Assembly (NCBI GenBank): GCA_902521325.1
Contig: CABYRE010000005.1
Span: forward strand, 9,115-73,114
Direction: 5' to 3'
Origin: an uncultured Alphaproteobacteria bacterium
GTDB taxonomy: Bacteria > Pseudomonadota > Alphaproteobacteria > HIMB59 > GCA-002718135
DNA length: 64,000 nucleotides
Part shown: positions 28,334 through 39,119 of the stretch, piece after piece
Layout: each line of letters opens with the position of its first letter
How positions within the stretch are numbered: position 1 is the stretch's first letter
Program-made: the position numbers and the translations under genes
Notes under the pieces: model-generated
The model's database searches: none
The model's input: the letters and a program-made list of their open reading frames with translations, nothing else
What the model was told of the DNA's origin: nothing

Positions 28334-29690
28334 GTAATAAATATTCTCGCTCCCAAGAACTTATTACTGATAAATAAGCTTGATACTCAACTCTTCTTAT
28401 CGCAGCAATCGACCTTACAAATTTTTCATTAAATATTGATTTTATATCTTCATCATTTTCAAAGAGACTTAACGATTCATCCATATTTTTAGGTAGATTA
28501 GAATTTTTATCTTTAAATGCACTATCTTTGGTTTCTGGATTTGGTTTTAAATTGTTTTTCATTCCTAAATATCCTGAAGCTAAATTAGCTGCAAAAACTA
28601 GATATGGATTTGTATCAGATCCAGGAATTCTATTTTCAATACGCATATTCCTCTCTTCAATTGATGGAATTCTAAATCCACAACTTCTATTACCTATACC
28701 CCATTTAACATTTTTAGGAGCACCCCAAGTTGCAAACAACCGTCTAAATGAATTTATATTTGGAGCGTATATTGGCATTAATAATGGAGTATATTTTTCC
28801 AAACCACCTAAATAGTTTTTCATTTTTTTTGAAATTTTAGATGATTGATTAAAAAAAATATTTTTATTTTTTTCATTATATATCGATTGATGTATGTGCA
28901 TTGCGCTACCAGGTTGGTTCTCCATTGGTTTTGCCATAAATGTTGCATGAAGTTTGTGTTTTAAAGCCGACTGTCTTAGAGTTCGTTTAAATAAAAATAC
29001 CTGATCCGCTAGATCTAAAGGATCACCATGCTGAAAATTAATTTCCATCTGAGCTGAGCCAGACTCATGATTAATAGTATCAATTTCAATATTTTGAGCT
29101 TCACAATAATTATATACATCCTCAAAAAGATGATCAAATTCGTTCACAGCATCTATACCCAAGGCTTGCTTACCTGTTTCTTGTCTACCTGATTGACCTA
29201 CTGGCACTTCAAGAGGGTAGTCTGAGTCAGCATTAGGTTTCACTAAATAAAATTCTAACTCTGGCGAAACAATTGGAGTTAATTTATCTTTTTTATAAAG
29301 TTTAAGAATATTTTTTAGAGCATTCCTGCTAGAATTTATAACATCATCACCGTTAAGATTTATTGCATCACAGATAATTTGTGCAGTAGGGTCGTCGTAC
29401 CATGGCACTACTCTCATTGTATCAAAATCTGGTTTTAAAATTACATCAATATCAGTTGGATTGTAAACACTTCTTGGTAAAGCACCAGCCGAGTCCTCAG
29501 TTGCATAATCTCCTGATATTGTTTGAATAAAAGTTGACTGTGGTAATCTGTGACTTTCATCTTCCAGTCCTTTTAAAAATTTATTTGTTGGTAAAATTTT
29601 TCCCCTTGCTATACCTCCAAGATCTGGAACTAAACATTCAACTTCTGTAATAGAGTTTTCGTGAAACCAATTCTGAAATTTTTCAATCAT
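28323..29690 (-). CDS. Glutamine synthetase-like gamma-glutamylpolyamine synthetase (PuuA/SpuI-like)
   Basis: EVECLVPDL.GIARGK, ELEFYL, HE.G.AQMEIN, FMAKP...PGSAMHIHQS, SSWEREYLLLNV; polyamine context. Confidence 0.85.
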   Translation of the reverse strand: MIEKFQNWFHENSITEVECLVPDLGGIARGKILPTNKFLKGLEDESHRLPQSTFIQTISGDYATEDSAGALPRSVYNPTDIDVILKPDFDTMRVVPWYDDPTAQIICDAINLNGDDVINSSRNALKNILKLYKKDKLTPIVSPELEFYLVKPNADSDYPLEVPVGQSGRQETGKQALGIDAVNEFDHLFEDVYNYCEAQNIEIDTINHESGSAQMEINFQHGDPLDLADQVFLFKRTLRQSALKHKLHATFMAKPMENQPGSAMHIHQSIYNEKNKNIFFNQSSKISKKMKNYLGGLEKYTPLLMPIYAPNINSFRRLFATWGAPKNVKWGIGNRSCGFRIPSIEERNMRIENRIPGSDTNPYLVFAANLASGYLGMKNNLKPNPETKDSAFKDKNSNLPKNMDESLSLFENDEDIKSIFNEKFVRSIAAIRRVEYQAYLSVISSWEREYLLLNV

Positions 29691-29740
29691 ATTGAGACTG
29701 TTTGTTTACTAATTATTGTTAAACCATTAAAGATAAGTAA

Positions 29741-31063
29741 ATGTTTACTACAAAAAAAAGGACCTTTAATCAACATGATAATGAAAAAGAGAGTTTTTAT
29801 AAATTTTCAGCACCTAATTTTTCTAATCAAAGTAAATTAATTGAGAATATTTCAACTGATGTATGTATTATTGGAGGTGGTTTAACAGGTATTTCTTCAG
29901 CATTAAATTTATCTAATCAAGGTTTATCAATAACTATTTTGGAAGCAAACAAAGTTGGATCTGGTGCCTCTGGTAGAAATGGTGGTCAACTAGGAATTGG
30001 TATGAGAAAAGATCAATTTTACTTAGAAAAAAAATTTGGTATTGAAAAAGCAAAATTTTTTTGGAAAGTTGGATTAGATGCTGTTTCAAATGTAGTTAAT
30101 TTAATTGAAAAATACAAAATTGATTGTGCACTTAGACAAGGTGTTCTTCATGTAGGCAACACAAAAAAAGATTATAAATATTTTCAAGATGAAATTGAGC
30201 ATATGCAGAAGAATTATAATTATAATAACTATGAATACTTTGACCACAATTCAATAAGAGATGAAGTTAATAGTGACAGATATTTTTCTGGAATGCTTTT
30301 AAAGGATTCTTATCATTTAAATCCATTAAAACTGACATACGGCTTAGCAGAACAGTGTTTGGCAAATGGTATAAATATATATGAAAATTCTCCAGCTGAT
30401 AAAATTGTTGATAATCAAAAAGAAGTTATAATCCACTCTGGAAAAAATATAATTAAAGCGAAGAAAGTAATTATTGGTTGCAATGGTTATCTTGACAATC
30501 TTTTAGGATCAAAGAGAAATTATTTTATGCCTATAAATAATTATATTATTGCAACAGAACCTCTCGGAAAATATCTAGCAAGTAAGTTAATCAAAAGAAA
30601 TTGTGGCGTAATAGATTCTAGATTTATGATTGATTATTATAGATTTTCAGAAGACTATAGACTTCTTTTTGGAGGACCTGAAACAATTACATCGCATTTT
30701 GTAAAAGATGCAAAGAGTTTTGTCTCTAAACGAATGTATAAAGTTTTTCCTGAATTAAAAAAATTTAAAATTGAATTTTCTTGGGGAGGTACCTTGGCAA
30801 TATCAATTAATAGATTACCTATTTTTGGAACTATTATGAATCAAAAGTTATATTATGCTCATGCTTACTCTGGGCATGGGTTAGCTATGAGTATTATGGG
30901 AGGAAAAATGGTAGCTGAAAAAATTTTAAATAAATCAAATAACTTTGATATGTTTGAGCAAATTAATCATTTTAAAATTCCGGGCGGCAACATATTTAGA
31001 AGACCATTGTATTCTTCTGCCATTATTTATTATAGGTTAATGGATTATTTAAATAGATTATAA
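29741..31063 (+). CDS. FAD-dependent oxidoreductase (gamma-glutamylputrescine oxidase PuuB-like)
   Basis: DVCIIGGGLTG, GASGRNGGQ, HLNPL, FSWGG, YSGHG. Confidence 0.85.
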   Translation: MFTTKKRTFNQHDNEKESFYKFSAPNFSNQSKLIENISTDVCIIGGGLTGISSALNLSNQGLSITILEANKVGSGASGRNGGQLGIGMRKDQFYLEKKFGIEKAKFFWKVGLDAVSNVVNLIEKYKIDCALRQGVLHVGNTKKDYKYFQDEIEHMQKNYNYNNYEYFDHNSIRDEVNSDRYFSGMLLKDSYHLNPLKLTYGLAEQCLANGINIYENSPADKIVDNQKEVIIHSGKNIIKAKKVIIGCNGYLDNLLGSKRNYFMPINNYIIATEPLGKYLASKLIKRNCGVIDSRFMIDYYRFSEDYRLLFGGPETITSHFVKDAKSFVSKRMYKVFPELKKFKIEFSWGGTLAISINRLPIFGTIMNQKLYYAHAYSGHGLAMSIMGGKMVAEKILNKSNNFDMFEQINHFKIPGGNIFRRPLYSSAIIYYRLMDYLNRL

Positions 31064-31981
31064 TTATTTAATTGCTCTTCTTAATCTGTCATTTATAGTT
31101 TTGCCAAGCCCTTTATCAGGTATTTCTACTACAGCAATTTTTTTGCATCTACTTTGATCTAATTTATGAAGATAATGATAAAAATTTTTTGCTGCTTGAT
31201 TTAAATTTTTTTTATTACTCAAATTTAAATTAATTATTTTAGACTTTAATTTATTATTTCCAAAATTTAATAAACCTTCATTTTTAAGTATTCTTTTAGC
31301 ATTCATTCTTATTGGTTTTAAAGTTGAATAATGTTTTTTTAAATTGCCAGGAGAAATGGAGGATTTCTTTTTAATTTTTACTTTTGCATATTTATTTAGT
31401 TCTTCAACAGTGATGCTGCCATATCTTAATACTTCAATTTTATTATTGGTATCTATTTTAACAACTGTGGATTCTAGTCCATGAGAAGACTGTTTATCTT
31501 TTAAAACAAAAATTTTTTTTTCTAGAACCGGGTCGATATCCATAATATTCGTTACGGAAGTTCTTTCTGACAGATTAGCACTAGGAGCTGCAATAGGTAG
31601 GTCAAATAAAGTTATTAATTTTTTAGCTAATTTATTACTGGGAATTCTGCAGCCTACTAACGTTGATTTATTAGAGACTAATTTTGATATTTTAGAATTT
31701 TTCTTTTTCTTTAATATTATTGTCAAAGGACCAGGCCAAAATTTTGAACCTAATTTTTTTTCAAATTCACTTAAAAAAAAATATTTTTCTATTTGTTTAA
31801 TACTTTTAAAGTGACAGATAATTGGATTAATTCGTGGTCTTTTTTTTACTTTAAAAATAGATTTTACAGCCTCATCATTTGTTGCATCTGCTCCAAGACC
31901 AAATACTGTTTCTGTGGGAAATATTACAAGTTCTCCACTGCTTAATAAATTTTTTGCAATATCTAACTTATTTTTTTTCAT
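31064..31981 (-). CDS. tsaC: Threonylcarbamoyl-AMP synthase (Sua5/TsaC)
   Basis: FPTETVFGLGADA, K.RP..NP.I.H, FWPGPLT, AAPSAN, ESTVV, INDRLRRA. Confidence 0.93.
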   Translation of the reverse strand: MKKNKLDIAKNLLSSGELVIFPTETVFGLGADATNDEAVKSIFKVKKRPRINPIICHFKSIKQIEKYFFLSEFEKKLGSKFWPGPLTIILKKKKNSKISKLVSNKSTLVGCRIPSNKLAKKLITLFDLPIAAPSANLSERTSVTNIMDIDPVLEKKIFVLKDKQSSHGLESTVVKIDTNNKIEVLRYGSITVEELNKYAKVKIKKKSSISPGNLKKHYSTLKPIRMNAKRILKNEGLLNFGNNKLKSKIINLNLSNKKNLNQAAKNFYHYLHKLDQSRCKKIAVVEIPDKGLGKTINDRLRRAIK

Positions 31982-32038
31982 ATTTTTTTATAAAATGTTT
32001 CCATCTATCTTTAAAATAGTTATTATCAATACCTGTAT

Positions 32039-32671
32039 ATGGGAAAAGTTATAGCATTTTCGAATCAAAAAGGTGGTTCAGGTAAATCGACTCTTTCAGC
32101 AAATTTATCAGTTTTGTGGAGCAATAGTGGATACAAAGTAGCTGTTATAGATGCTGATGCACAAAAAAGTCTATCATATTGGCTTGAAGCTAGAAAATCT
32201 TATTATGGTGAAGATGATATTGGAATAACTCAATTAAATTTTGATATAAGGAATTTAATAGATGAAATCAAAGCAATAAAAAGAAAATACGATTTTATAA
32301 TAATTGATAGCCCTCCATCTATAACTTTTGAAACAATGCAGGTTGTAAAAGCTTCTGATAAAGTATTTGTTCCAGTACAACCAAGTCCAGTAGATTTAAT
32401 GGCTACACTGCCTTTTTTAAAAATTGCAAAACAAGAAAGAAAAAATCCAATAATTATTCTTAATAGAGTAATGCCAAGAGCAAAATTAACTGACGCAATG
32501 ATTTTGCGCTTAAGATATGCTGGTGCTAAAATTGCCCGCTCCCGACTGTCTAGCAAAGTATTATTTGCAGAAACATTCTCAGTTGGAAGAGGTGTAGTTG
32601 ATATAAGTGTTACATCAGACGCTGCTAAAGAAATAATTAATGTTGGAAACGAAATTTTAAGAAATTTCTAA
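32039..32671 (+). CDS. ParA-family ATPase (orphan)
   Basis: NQKGGSGKST, IDADAQKS, IIIDSPP, VPVQPSPVD. Confidence 0.9.
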   Translation: MGKVIAFSNQKGGSGKSTLSANLSVLWSNSGYKVAVIDADAQKSLSYWLEARKSYYGEDDIGITQLNFDIRNLIDEIKAIKRKYDFIIIDSPPSITFETMQVVKASDKVFVPVQPSPVDLMATLPFLKIAKQERKNPIIILNRVMPRAKLTDAMILRLRYAGAKIARSRLSSKVLFAETFSVGRGVVDISVTSDAAKEIINVGNEILRNF

Positions 32672-32676
32672 CTTTA

Positions 32677-33975
32677 ATGTCTGATATTACAACTGTTATA
32701 CTTGCTGCAGGTAATAGTACAAGATTTAAAGCAAGTACATCAAAGCTTGTTTATCCATTATGTGGGTTACCAATTGTTTCACATATTTTTAATATTGCAA
32801 AAAAAATATCAGGTAAAAATATATTAATTGTATCTAATGAGAAAAATAAAGAAGAATTAAAGTTAATATTAAATACCTCTAAGTTAGTTATTCAAAAAAA
32901 ACAAAAAGGAACTGCTGATGCAATTGAGCAAGTTAAAAAATATGTAAAATCAAAAAATATTTTAATTTTATTTGGCGATACACCTTTAGTTGAAGTTAAA
33001 GATATAAGAAAACTAGTAAGTAAATTTAAAAAAAGTAAAGCTAGAGCTTCATTAATTGCATTTAATACTTCAGAACCATATGGTTATGGTAGGTTATTAT
33101 TAAATAATAACTATGTTGAAGAAATAATTGAGCAAATCAATTTAAAACCGGAACAAAAAAAAATCAATTTATGTAATTCTGGTATTTTGATAGCAAATAC
33201 TAAATTATTATTTGATAATTTAAAAAATATTAAAGAAAATAAAATAAAAAAAGAAAGATATCTTCCTGATATATGCAAAATTTTTTCAAAAAAAAATATT
33301 CCTATCAATTATATTGAGTGCAACAAAGAAACAATGTTGGGCATAAATACATTGGATGATTTTAATGTTGTACAAAATATCTTGCAAAAAAAATACATAA
33401 AAAATTTTATAAAAAATGGAGTCAATTTTTTAAAACCCAATACTTGTTATTTAAGCTATGACACAAAAATTGAACCTAATGTTACAATTGAAAGCAATGT
33501 TACAATCAAGGAAAAAACAATTATAAAAAAAGGTTCATTAATTAAAAGTAATTCATACTTAGAAGAGGTTACAATAGATGAAAATTCACATATTGGTCCA
33601 AGTGCTAGATTAAGACCAAAAACAAAAATTGGCAAAAAATCAAAGATTGGTAACTTTGTTGAAATTAAAAATTCGAAAATTGGAAATAATGTTTCTATTG
33701 CTCATCTTTCATATGTTGGAGATTCAGAAATAGGAAACAATGTTAATATAGGTGCTGGCACAATAACTTGTAACTATGATGGAAAGAAAAAACACAAAAC
33801 GATAATAAAAGATAATGTATTTATAGGTTCAAATACGTCACTTATTGCTCCAGTTGTAATTGAGTCTAAATCTAGAATTGGTGCAGGTAGTGTTATTACT
33901 AAAAATATTCCCAAAAATTCACTTGCTATTGAAAGATCGGCCTTAAAAATTCTAAGAAATAAAAGGTCTAAATAA
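32677..33975 (+). CDS. glmU: Bifunctional UDP-GlcNAc pyrophosphorylase / GlcN-1-P acetyltransferase
   Basis: LAAGNSTRFK, GYGR, IGPSARLRP, GNFVEIK, HLSYVGD, GAGTITCNYDG. Confidence 0.95.
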   Translation: MSDITTVILAAGNSTRFKASTSKLVYPLCGLPIVSHIFNIAKKISGKNILIVSNEKNKEELKLILNTSKLVIQKKQKGTADAIEQVKKYVKSKNILILFGDTPLVEVKDIRKLVSKFKKSKARASLIAFNTSEPYGYGRLLLNNNYVEEIIEQINLKPEQKKINLCNSGILIANTKLLFDNLKNIKENKIKKERYLPDICKIFSKKNIPINYIECNKETMLGINTLDDFNVVQNILQKKYIKNFIKNGVNFLKPNTCYLSYDTKIEPNVTIESNVTIKEKTIIKKGSLIKSNSYLEEVTIDENSHIGPSARLRPKTKIGKKSKIGNFVEIKNSKIGNNVSIAHLSYVGDSEIGNNVNIGAGTITCNYDGKKKHKTIIKDNVFIGSNTSLIAPVVIESKSRIGAGSVITKNIPKNSLAIERSALKILRNKRSK

Positions 33976-34022
33976 TAAACCTTGTTTCAAAATATATTAG
34001 GGTTTATGAGCCTTTTCAAAAT

Positions 34023-35396
34023 ATGAACGATAAATGGTCACCCAATAGTTGGAGAAATAAAGATGCTCTTCATATGCCAAACTATCAGAATGAAGATCAT
34101 CTAAAAAAAACTTTAAATGAAATCTCCAAATATCCACCTTTAGTTTTTGCTGGAGAAGCGAGACTATTAAAAAAGAAACTTGGAGAAGTTGCAAACGGAA
34201 ATGCTTTTTTATTACAAGGTGGAGATTGTGCGGAAAGTTTTGCAGATTTTCATCCAGATAATATTAGAGATACATTTAAAGTTATTTTACAAATGGCTGT
34301 TGTTTTGACGTTTGGTGCTTCTTGCCCAATTGTAAAAGTAGGAAGAATTGCCGGACAATTTGCAAAGCCAAGATCATCTTCTACAGAAGTTATTAATAAT
34401 TTAGAACTTGAGTCTTATAAAGGTGATATAATTAATGGGATCGACTTCAATAAAAAAGAAAGAGATCCTAATCCAGATAGATTGATTCAAGCCTACAATC
34501 AGTCTGCATCAACACTTAATCTTTTAAGAGCTTTTTCTCAAGGCGGTTTTGCCAATTTAAATAAAATACATCAATGGAACCTAAATTTTGTTAAAGGTGA
34601 GAATGCTACTAAATTTAGAGAGATATCTTCTAGAATTGACGAATGCTTATCTTTTATGGAAGCATGTGGAATAAATGGAAACAGTGTAAGACAATTAAAT
34701 GAAACAGATTTCTTTACAAGTCATGAAGCTTTACTTCTTCAATATGAGGAAGCATTAACAAGAATAGATAGTACTTCAGGTAAGTGGTATGATGTTTCAG
34801 CTCACATGTTGTGGGTAGGTGACAGAACACGACAACTAGATGGAGCACATATTGAATTTTTAAGAGGTATTGAGAACCCTATAGGTATTAAAGTGGGTCC
34901 AAGCACAAAGACAGAAGAACTATTAAAGATATTAGATGTATTGAATCCAAGTAATGAAGCTGGAAAAATAACGCTCATATGTAGAATGGGTCATGAAAAA
35001 GTTACTGGAATACTTCCAAAAATAATTAGGTCAGTTAATTCAGCTGGTAAAAATGTTGTTTGGACTTGCGACCCCATGCATGGAAATACTATAAAATCTA
35101 ACACGGGTTTTAAAACTAGGCCATTAAAAGATATAATTTCTGAAATTCAACAATTTTTTCAAATTCACAGAAGTGAAGGAACATATCCTGGCGGTGTTCA
35201 TCTAGAAATGACTGGTCAAGATGTTACAGAATGTATGGGAGGTCTTCAAGAAATAACCGATGAAGATCTAAAAAATAGATACCATACATACTGTGATCCG
35301 AGACTAAATGCCTCGCAGTCTCTAGAATTGGCTTTTTTACTATCAGATTTTTTAAAAGAAGAAAAATTGCTCTCAAAGCAATCTTCAAATTTATAA
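34023..35396 (+). CDS. Class II DAHP synthase
   Basis: PPLVFAGE, LQGGDCAESF, GRIAGQFAKPRS, CDPMHGNT, CDPRLN. Confidence 0.95.
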   Translation: MNDKWSPNSWRNKDALHMPNYQNEDHLKKTLNEISKYPPLVFAGEARLLKKKLGEVANGNAFLLQGGDCAESFADFHPDNIRDTFKVILQMAVVLTFGASCPIVKVGRIAGQFAKPRSSSTEVINNLELESYKGDIINGIDFNKKERDPNPDRLIQAYNQSASTLNLLRAFSQGGFANLNKIHQWNLNFVKGENATKFREISSRIDECLSFMEACGINGNSVRQLNETDFFTSHEALLLQYEEALTRIDSTSGKWYDVSAHMLWVGDRTRQLDGAHIEFLRGIENPIGIKVGPSTKTEELLKILDVLNPSNEAGKITLICRMGHEKVTGILPKIIRSVNSAGKNVVWTCDPMHGNTIKSNTGFKTRPLKDIISEIQQFFQIHRSEGTYPGGVHLEMTGQDVTECMGGLQEITDEDLKNRYHTYCDPRLNASQSLELAFLLSDFLKEEKLLSKQSSNL

Positions 35397-35417
35397 TTTT
35401 ATATTTATATAATACTC

Positions 35418-36158
35418 ATGAAAACAAAAGATAAAATTATATATATTTCTAATTGGATTAAAGAATATGCTATATCCATAAATAAAAATCCAACTACCCT
35501 AGTAATAGGAGTGTCAGGAGGAGTTGACTCAGCTCTTACTAGCACATTATGTGCTCGTACTGGTTTAAAAACCATAGCTGTTTCTATGCCAATTAAACAA
35601 AATTCATCACAACATGATTTAAGTTTAAGACATTTAGAGTTTTTAGATCAAAATTACCCAAACGTAGAAATAAAAATAGTTGAGTTAGATAATGTTTTTA
35701 AAACTTTTCAAAACACGATGCAAAATTTTGATAGTGAGCTAGCTTTTGCAAATTCAAGATCTAGATTGAGAATGGTAACTCTATATCAAATAGCTCAAAG
35801 TAATAATGGAATAGTTGTTGGTACTGGAAATAAAGTTGAAGATTTTGGTGTTGGATTTTATACAAAATATGGTGATGGAGGTGTAGACATATCGCCAATA
35901 GCAGATTGTACTAAAACTGAGGTATGGGAATTAGCTGAAGAAATTGGGGTTATAAAAGATATTATTAGCGCAGCACCGACAGATGGTTTATGGGATGATA
36001 GTAGAAACGATGAAAGTCAGTTAGGTCTTTCATATAAACAATTAGAAGAAGCAATGGAAAATAAGTCTAGTGAATACTTCAGCAGATACGAAGAAATTAG
36101 AAAGCCAAATCTTCATAAGATGAAACCAATTCCCGTTTGCGAAATTCCTAAAGAATAA
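35418..36158 (+). CDS. nadE: NH3-dependent NAD+ synthetase
   Basis: GVSGGVDS, N.RSRLRM, GTGNKVE, GFYTKYGDGG, PTDGLW. Confidence 0.95.
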   Translation: MKTKDKIIYISNWIKEYAISINKNPTTLVIGVSGGVDSALTSTLCARTGLKTIAVSMPIKQNSSQHDLSLRHLEFLDQNYPNVEIKIVELDNVFKTFQNTMQNFDSELAFANSRSRLRMVTLYQIAQSNNGIVVGTGNKVEDFGVGFYTKYGDGGVDISPIADCTKTEVWELAEEIGVIKDIISAAPTDGLWDDSRNDESQLGLSYKQLEEAMENKSSEYFSRYEEIRKPNLHKMKPIPVCEIPKE

Positions 36159-36159
36159 T

Positions 36160-37494
36160 ATGAAGTGTAGGTTCGCTCCTAGCCCTACAGGAAAAATACA
36201 TATCGGTAATGCTAGATCAGCAATTTTGAATTGGATTTTTTGTCAAAAAAATCAAGGTGAATTTGTATTAAGAATTGATGATACTGATGCCAATAGGAGT
36301 TCTAAAGAATTTGAGATAAGTATCAAAGATGATCTTAAATGGCTTGGATTAAATTGGAGTTACACTTTTAACCAGTCCTCTAGACAAGATATTTACAATG
36401 AGAAAATCCAAACTCTAAAACAAAAGAAAAGACTTTATCCATGTTTTGAAACAGAAGAGGAATTAGCTTTAAAGAAAAAATCTTTGTTATCATCTGGGAA
36501 ACCGCCTATTTATGATAGATCATCATTAAATCTAAGTGATGAAGAAGTAGAAAAAAAAATAGAATCTGGAATTCAGCCCCATTGGAGATTCAAATTAGAT
36601 CATGAAAATATTGGCTGGAAAGATATTATTAAAGGAGATGTTTCATTTGATGCAAAAAATTTGAGTGATCCTGTTTTAATTAGAGCTGATGGAACATTGT
36701 TATACCATTTACCTTCAGTCATTGATGATATTGAAGAAAAAATTACACATATTATTAGAGGGGAAGATCACATAGCTAATACCGCTTATCATATTCAAAT
36801 TTTTAAGGCTCTTGAATCTTTTATTCCATCATTTGCTCATCATCCATTCTTAGTTGATGAAACTGGTAAGGGTTTTAGCAAAAGACTTGGAAGTCTTTCA
36901 ATTGAAAATTTTAGAGACGAAGGATACGAAAATATATCTTTACTTAATTATTTTCTTTTTATTGGTTCGAGCAGTAATATTGATCCAATCAAAGATTTAA
37001 ATGAAATAGTAAAAAAATTTGATATTCAAAGCTTATCTAGATCTTCTGCTAAATTTTCAATTGAATCCCTAAGAAATCTTAATGAAAATACCATTAAATT
37101 ATTTAGTTATAATGAGATTAATCATAAGTTAAAAAATATAAAATCTAATTTTCAAAAAGAGAGTTTTTGGCGGTTTATTAAAAACAATATTTCATTTATT
37201 AATCAAGCTAAAGAATGGGAAGAAGTAATTACAAAAATAAATAATGCTAAAGATTTAAATATTGATGATAATTTTATTAATACGGCAGTTGATGAATTAC
37301 CTGAGGATCCTTTTGATGAAACAACATGGGATCTTTGGACATCAAAAATTAACAAAAAAACTGGGCTTAAAGGAAAAGATTTATTTATGCCTTTGAGGTT
37401 GATTTTGACAGGAAAATCTCATGGACCCGAATTAAAATATCTACTACCATTATTTGATAGAAACGGAATTTTGCAAAAACTTGGAAAAATCTAG
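36160..37494 (+). CDS. gltX: Glutamyl-tRNA synthetase
   Basis: RFAPSPTG..HIGN, LRIDDTD, IRGEDH, KGFSKR, PLRL.LTG..HGPEL. Confidence 0.95.
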   Translation: MKCRFAPSPTGKIHIGNARSAILNWIFCQKNQGEFVLRIDDTDANRSSKEFEISIKDDLKWLGLNWSYTFNQSSRQDIYNEKIQTLKQKKRLYPCFETEEELALKKKSLLSSGKPPIYDRSSLNLSDEEVEKKIESGIQPHWRFKLDHENIGWKDIIKGDVSFDAKNLSDPVLIRADGTLLYHLPSVIDDIEEKITHIIRGEDHIANTAYHIQIFKALESFIPSFAHHPFLVDETGKGFSKRLGSLSIENFRDEGYENISLLNYFLFIGSSSNIDPIKDLNEIVKKFDIQSLSRSSAKFSIESLRNLNENTIKLFSYNEINHKLKNIKSNFQKESFWRFIKNNISFINQAKEWEEVITKINNAKDLNIDDNFINTAVDELPEDPFDETTWDLWTSKINKKTGLKGKDLFMPLRLILTGKSHGPELKYLLPLFDRNGILQKLGKI

Positions 37495-37532
37495 TAAATT
37501 TTAATTTATACTCTATTAGCGATCTAGTAATT

Positions 37533-39119
37533 ATGGAAGACAAAGTATATTTATTTGATACCACACTTAGAGATGGTCAGCAAACAACAGGAGTTAATTT
37601 TTCTGTTAGTGATAAAATGAATATATCCCAACATCTTGATGATTTAGGAATAGATTACATTGAAGGCGGATGGCCGGGAGCAAATCCTACGGATAATGAT
37701 TTTTTTTCAAGAAATACAAAATTTTCAAAAAGTAAATTGACTGCCTTTGGTATGACAAGAAGACCAGGTAGAAGTGCAGATAATGATCCAGGATTAAATG
37801 CACTTATTAATTCAAGCGCAAGTTGTGTTTGTATTGTAGGTAAATCATCATCATTTCACGTAAAAAATGCTTTAGAAATATCTGAAGATGAAAATTTAAA
37901 AATGATCAGTGATAGTATTCAATCAATAAAAAATAAAAACAAAGAGCCAATTTTTGATGCAGAACATTTTTTTGATGGCTTTAAAGAAAATAAAGAGTTT
38001 GCATTGAATTGTATTAAAGCAGCGTATGAGGCTGGTGCAAGATGGGTTGTTCTTTGTGATACAAATGGGGGAACTCTTCCAGATGAAATTTACAATATTG
38101 TTTCAGAAGTAGTAAAGGACATACCAGGTCAAAATGTTGGTATACATGCTCACAATGATACTGATAATGCAGTTGCAAATGCATTAGCAGCTATTAATGC
38201 TGGAGCAAGACAGATACAGGGAACGATTAACGGTTTAGGAGAAAGATGTGGAAATACAAATTTAATTTCCTTAATTCCATCTTTGGTTTTAAAAACAAAA
38301 TATAAAACAAATATTTCAAAAGATAAATTAAAAAATTTAATTCATATTTCTAGAACATTAAATGATATTCTTAACATGCCTTCAAGAAAAAATGCTCCTT
38401 ATGTTGGAAATCATGCTTTCTCTCACAAAGGCGGATTGCATGCATCTGCAATAGAAAAAAACTCTTCAACTTATGAACATATTGAGCCAGAAATAGTTGG
38501 AAATTCTAGAAACGTCGTAATTTCTAATCAAGCTGGAAGATCGAATATATTAAATCAATTAAATAAGATTAATATTGATCTACCTAAAAATGAAATTAAC
38601 AATATCTTAGAGATTATCAAAGAAAAAGAATCAGAAGGTTATTCATTTGATACTGCTTTAGCTAGTTTTGAATTATTAGTAAGACGTCACCTTGGTCATT
38701 TTGAGGATTTTTATAATTTAGAAAAATTTAGAGTCACAGATGAAAGAAGATGGAATGCTAAAGGTGAAATTGTTACTGAAGCAGAGGCTACAGTATTTTT
38801 AAAAGTTAAAGATTCAAATATGATGACAGTGGGTACTGGAAATGGTCCAGTAAATGCTATTGATAGTGCATTAAGAAAAGCTCTAATTGATTATTATCCT
38901 AATCTCAAAGATTTAAAGTTAACTGATTACAAAGTTATGATTCTTTCTTCAGAAAAAGGCACTGGGGCTATCACAAGAGTTTTAATTGAATCATCTGATT
39001 CTACTAATACACATTGGACAACTATTGGCGTATCTCCAAATATTATTGATGCATCTTATAGCGCTATTTTTGATAGCATTACTTTTAAGTTGTTTAATGA
39101 TTCAAAGAATAAAAATTGA
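37533..39119 (+). CDS. cimA: Citramalate synthase
   Basis: DTTLRDGQQ, IEGGWPGANP, DAEHFFDG, CDTNGG, HKGG.HAS, GNGPVNA. Confidence 0.9.
   Translation: MEDKVYLFDTTLRDGQQTTGVNFSVSDKMNISQHLDDLGIDYIEGGWPGANPTDNDFFSRNTKFSKSKLTAFGMTRRPGRSADNDPGLNALINSSASCVCIVGKSSSFHVKNALEISEDENLKMISDSIQSIKNKNKEPIFDAEHFFDGFKENKEFALNCIKAAYEAGARWVVLCDTNGGTLPDEIYNIVSEVVKDIPGQNVGIHAHNDTDNAVANALAAINAGARQIQGTINGLGERCGNTNLISLIPSLVLKTKYKTNISKDKLKNLIHISRTLNDILNMPSRKNAPYVGNHAFSHKGGLHASAIEKNSSTYEHIEPEIVGNSRNVVISNQAGRSNILNQLNKINIDLPKNEINNILEIIKEKESEGYSFDTALASFELLVRRHLGHFEDFYNLEKFRVTDERRWNAKGEIVTEAEATVFLKVKDSNMMTVGTGNGPVNAIDSALRKALIDYYPNLKDLKLTDYKVMILSSEKGTGAITRVLIESSDSTNTHWTTIGVSPNIIDASYSAIFDSITFKLFNDSKNKN

Noticed and set aside
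28323-29690. glnA (true glutamine synthetase)
   Set aside because: The sequence type and polyamine context point to a gamma-glutamylating GS-like paralogue.
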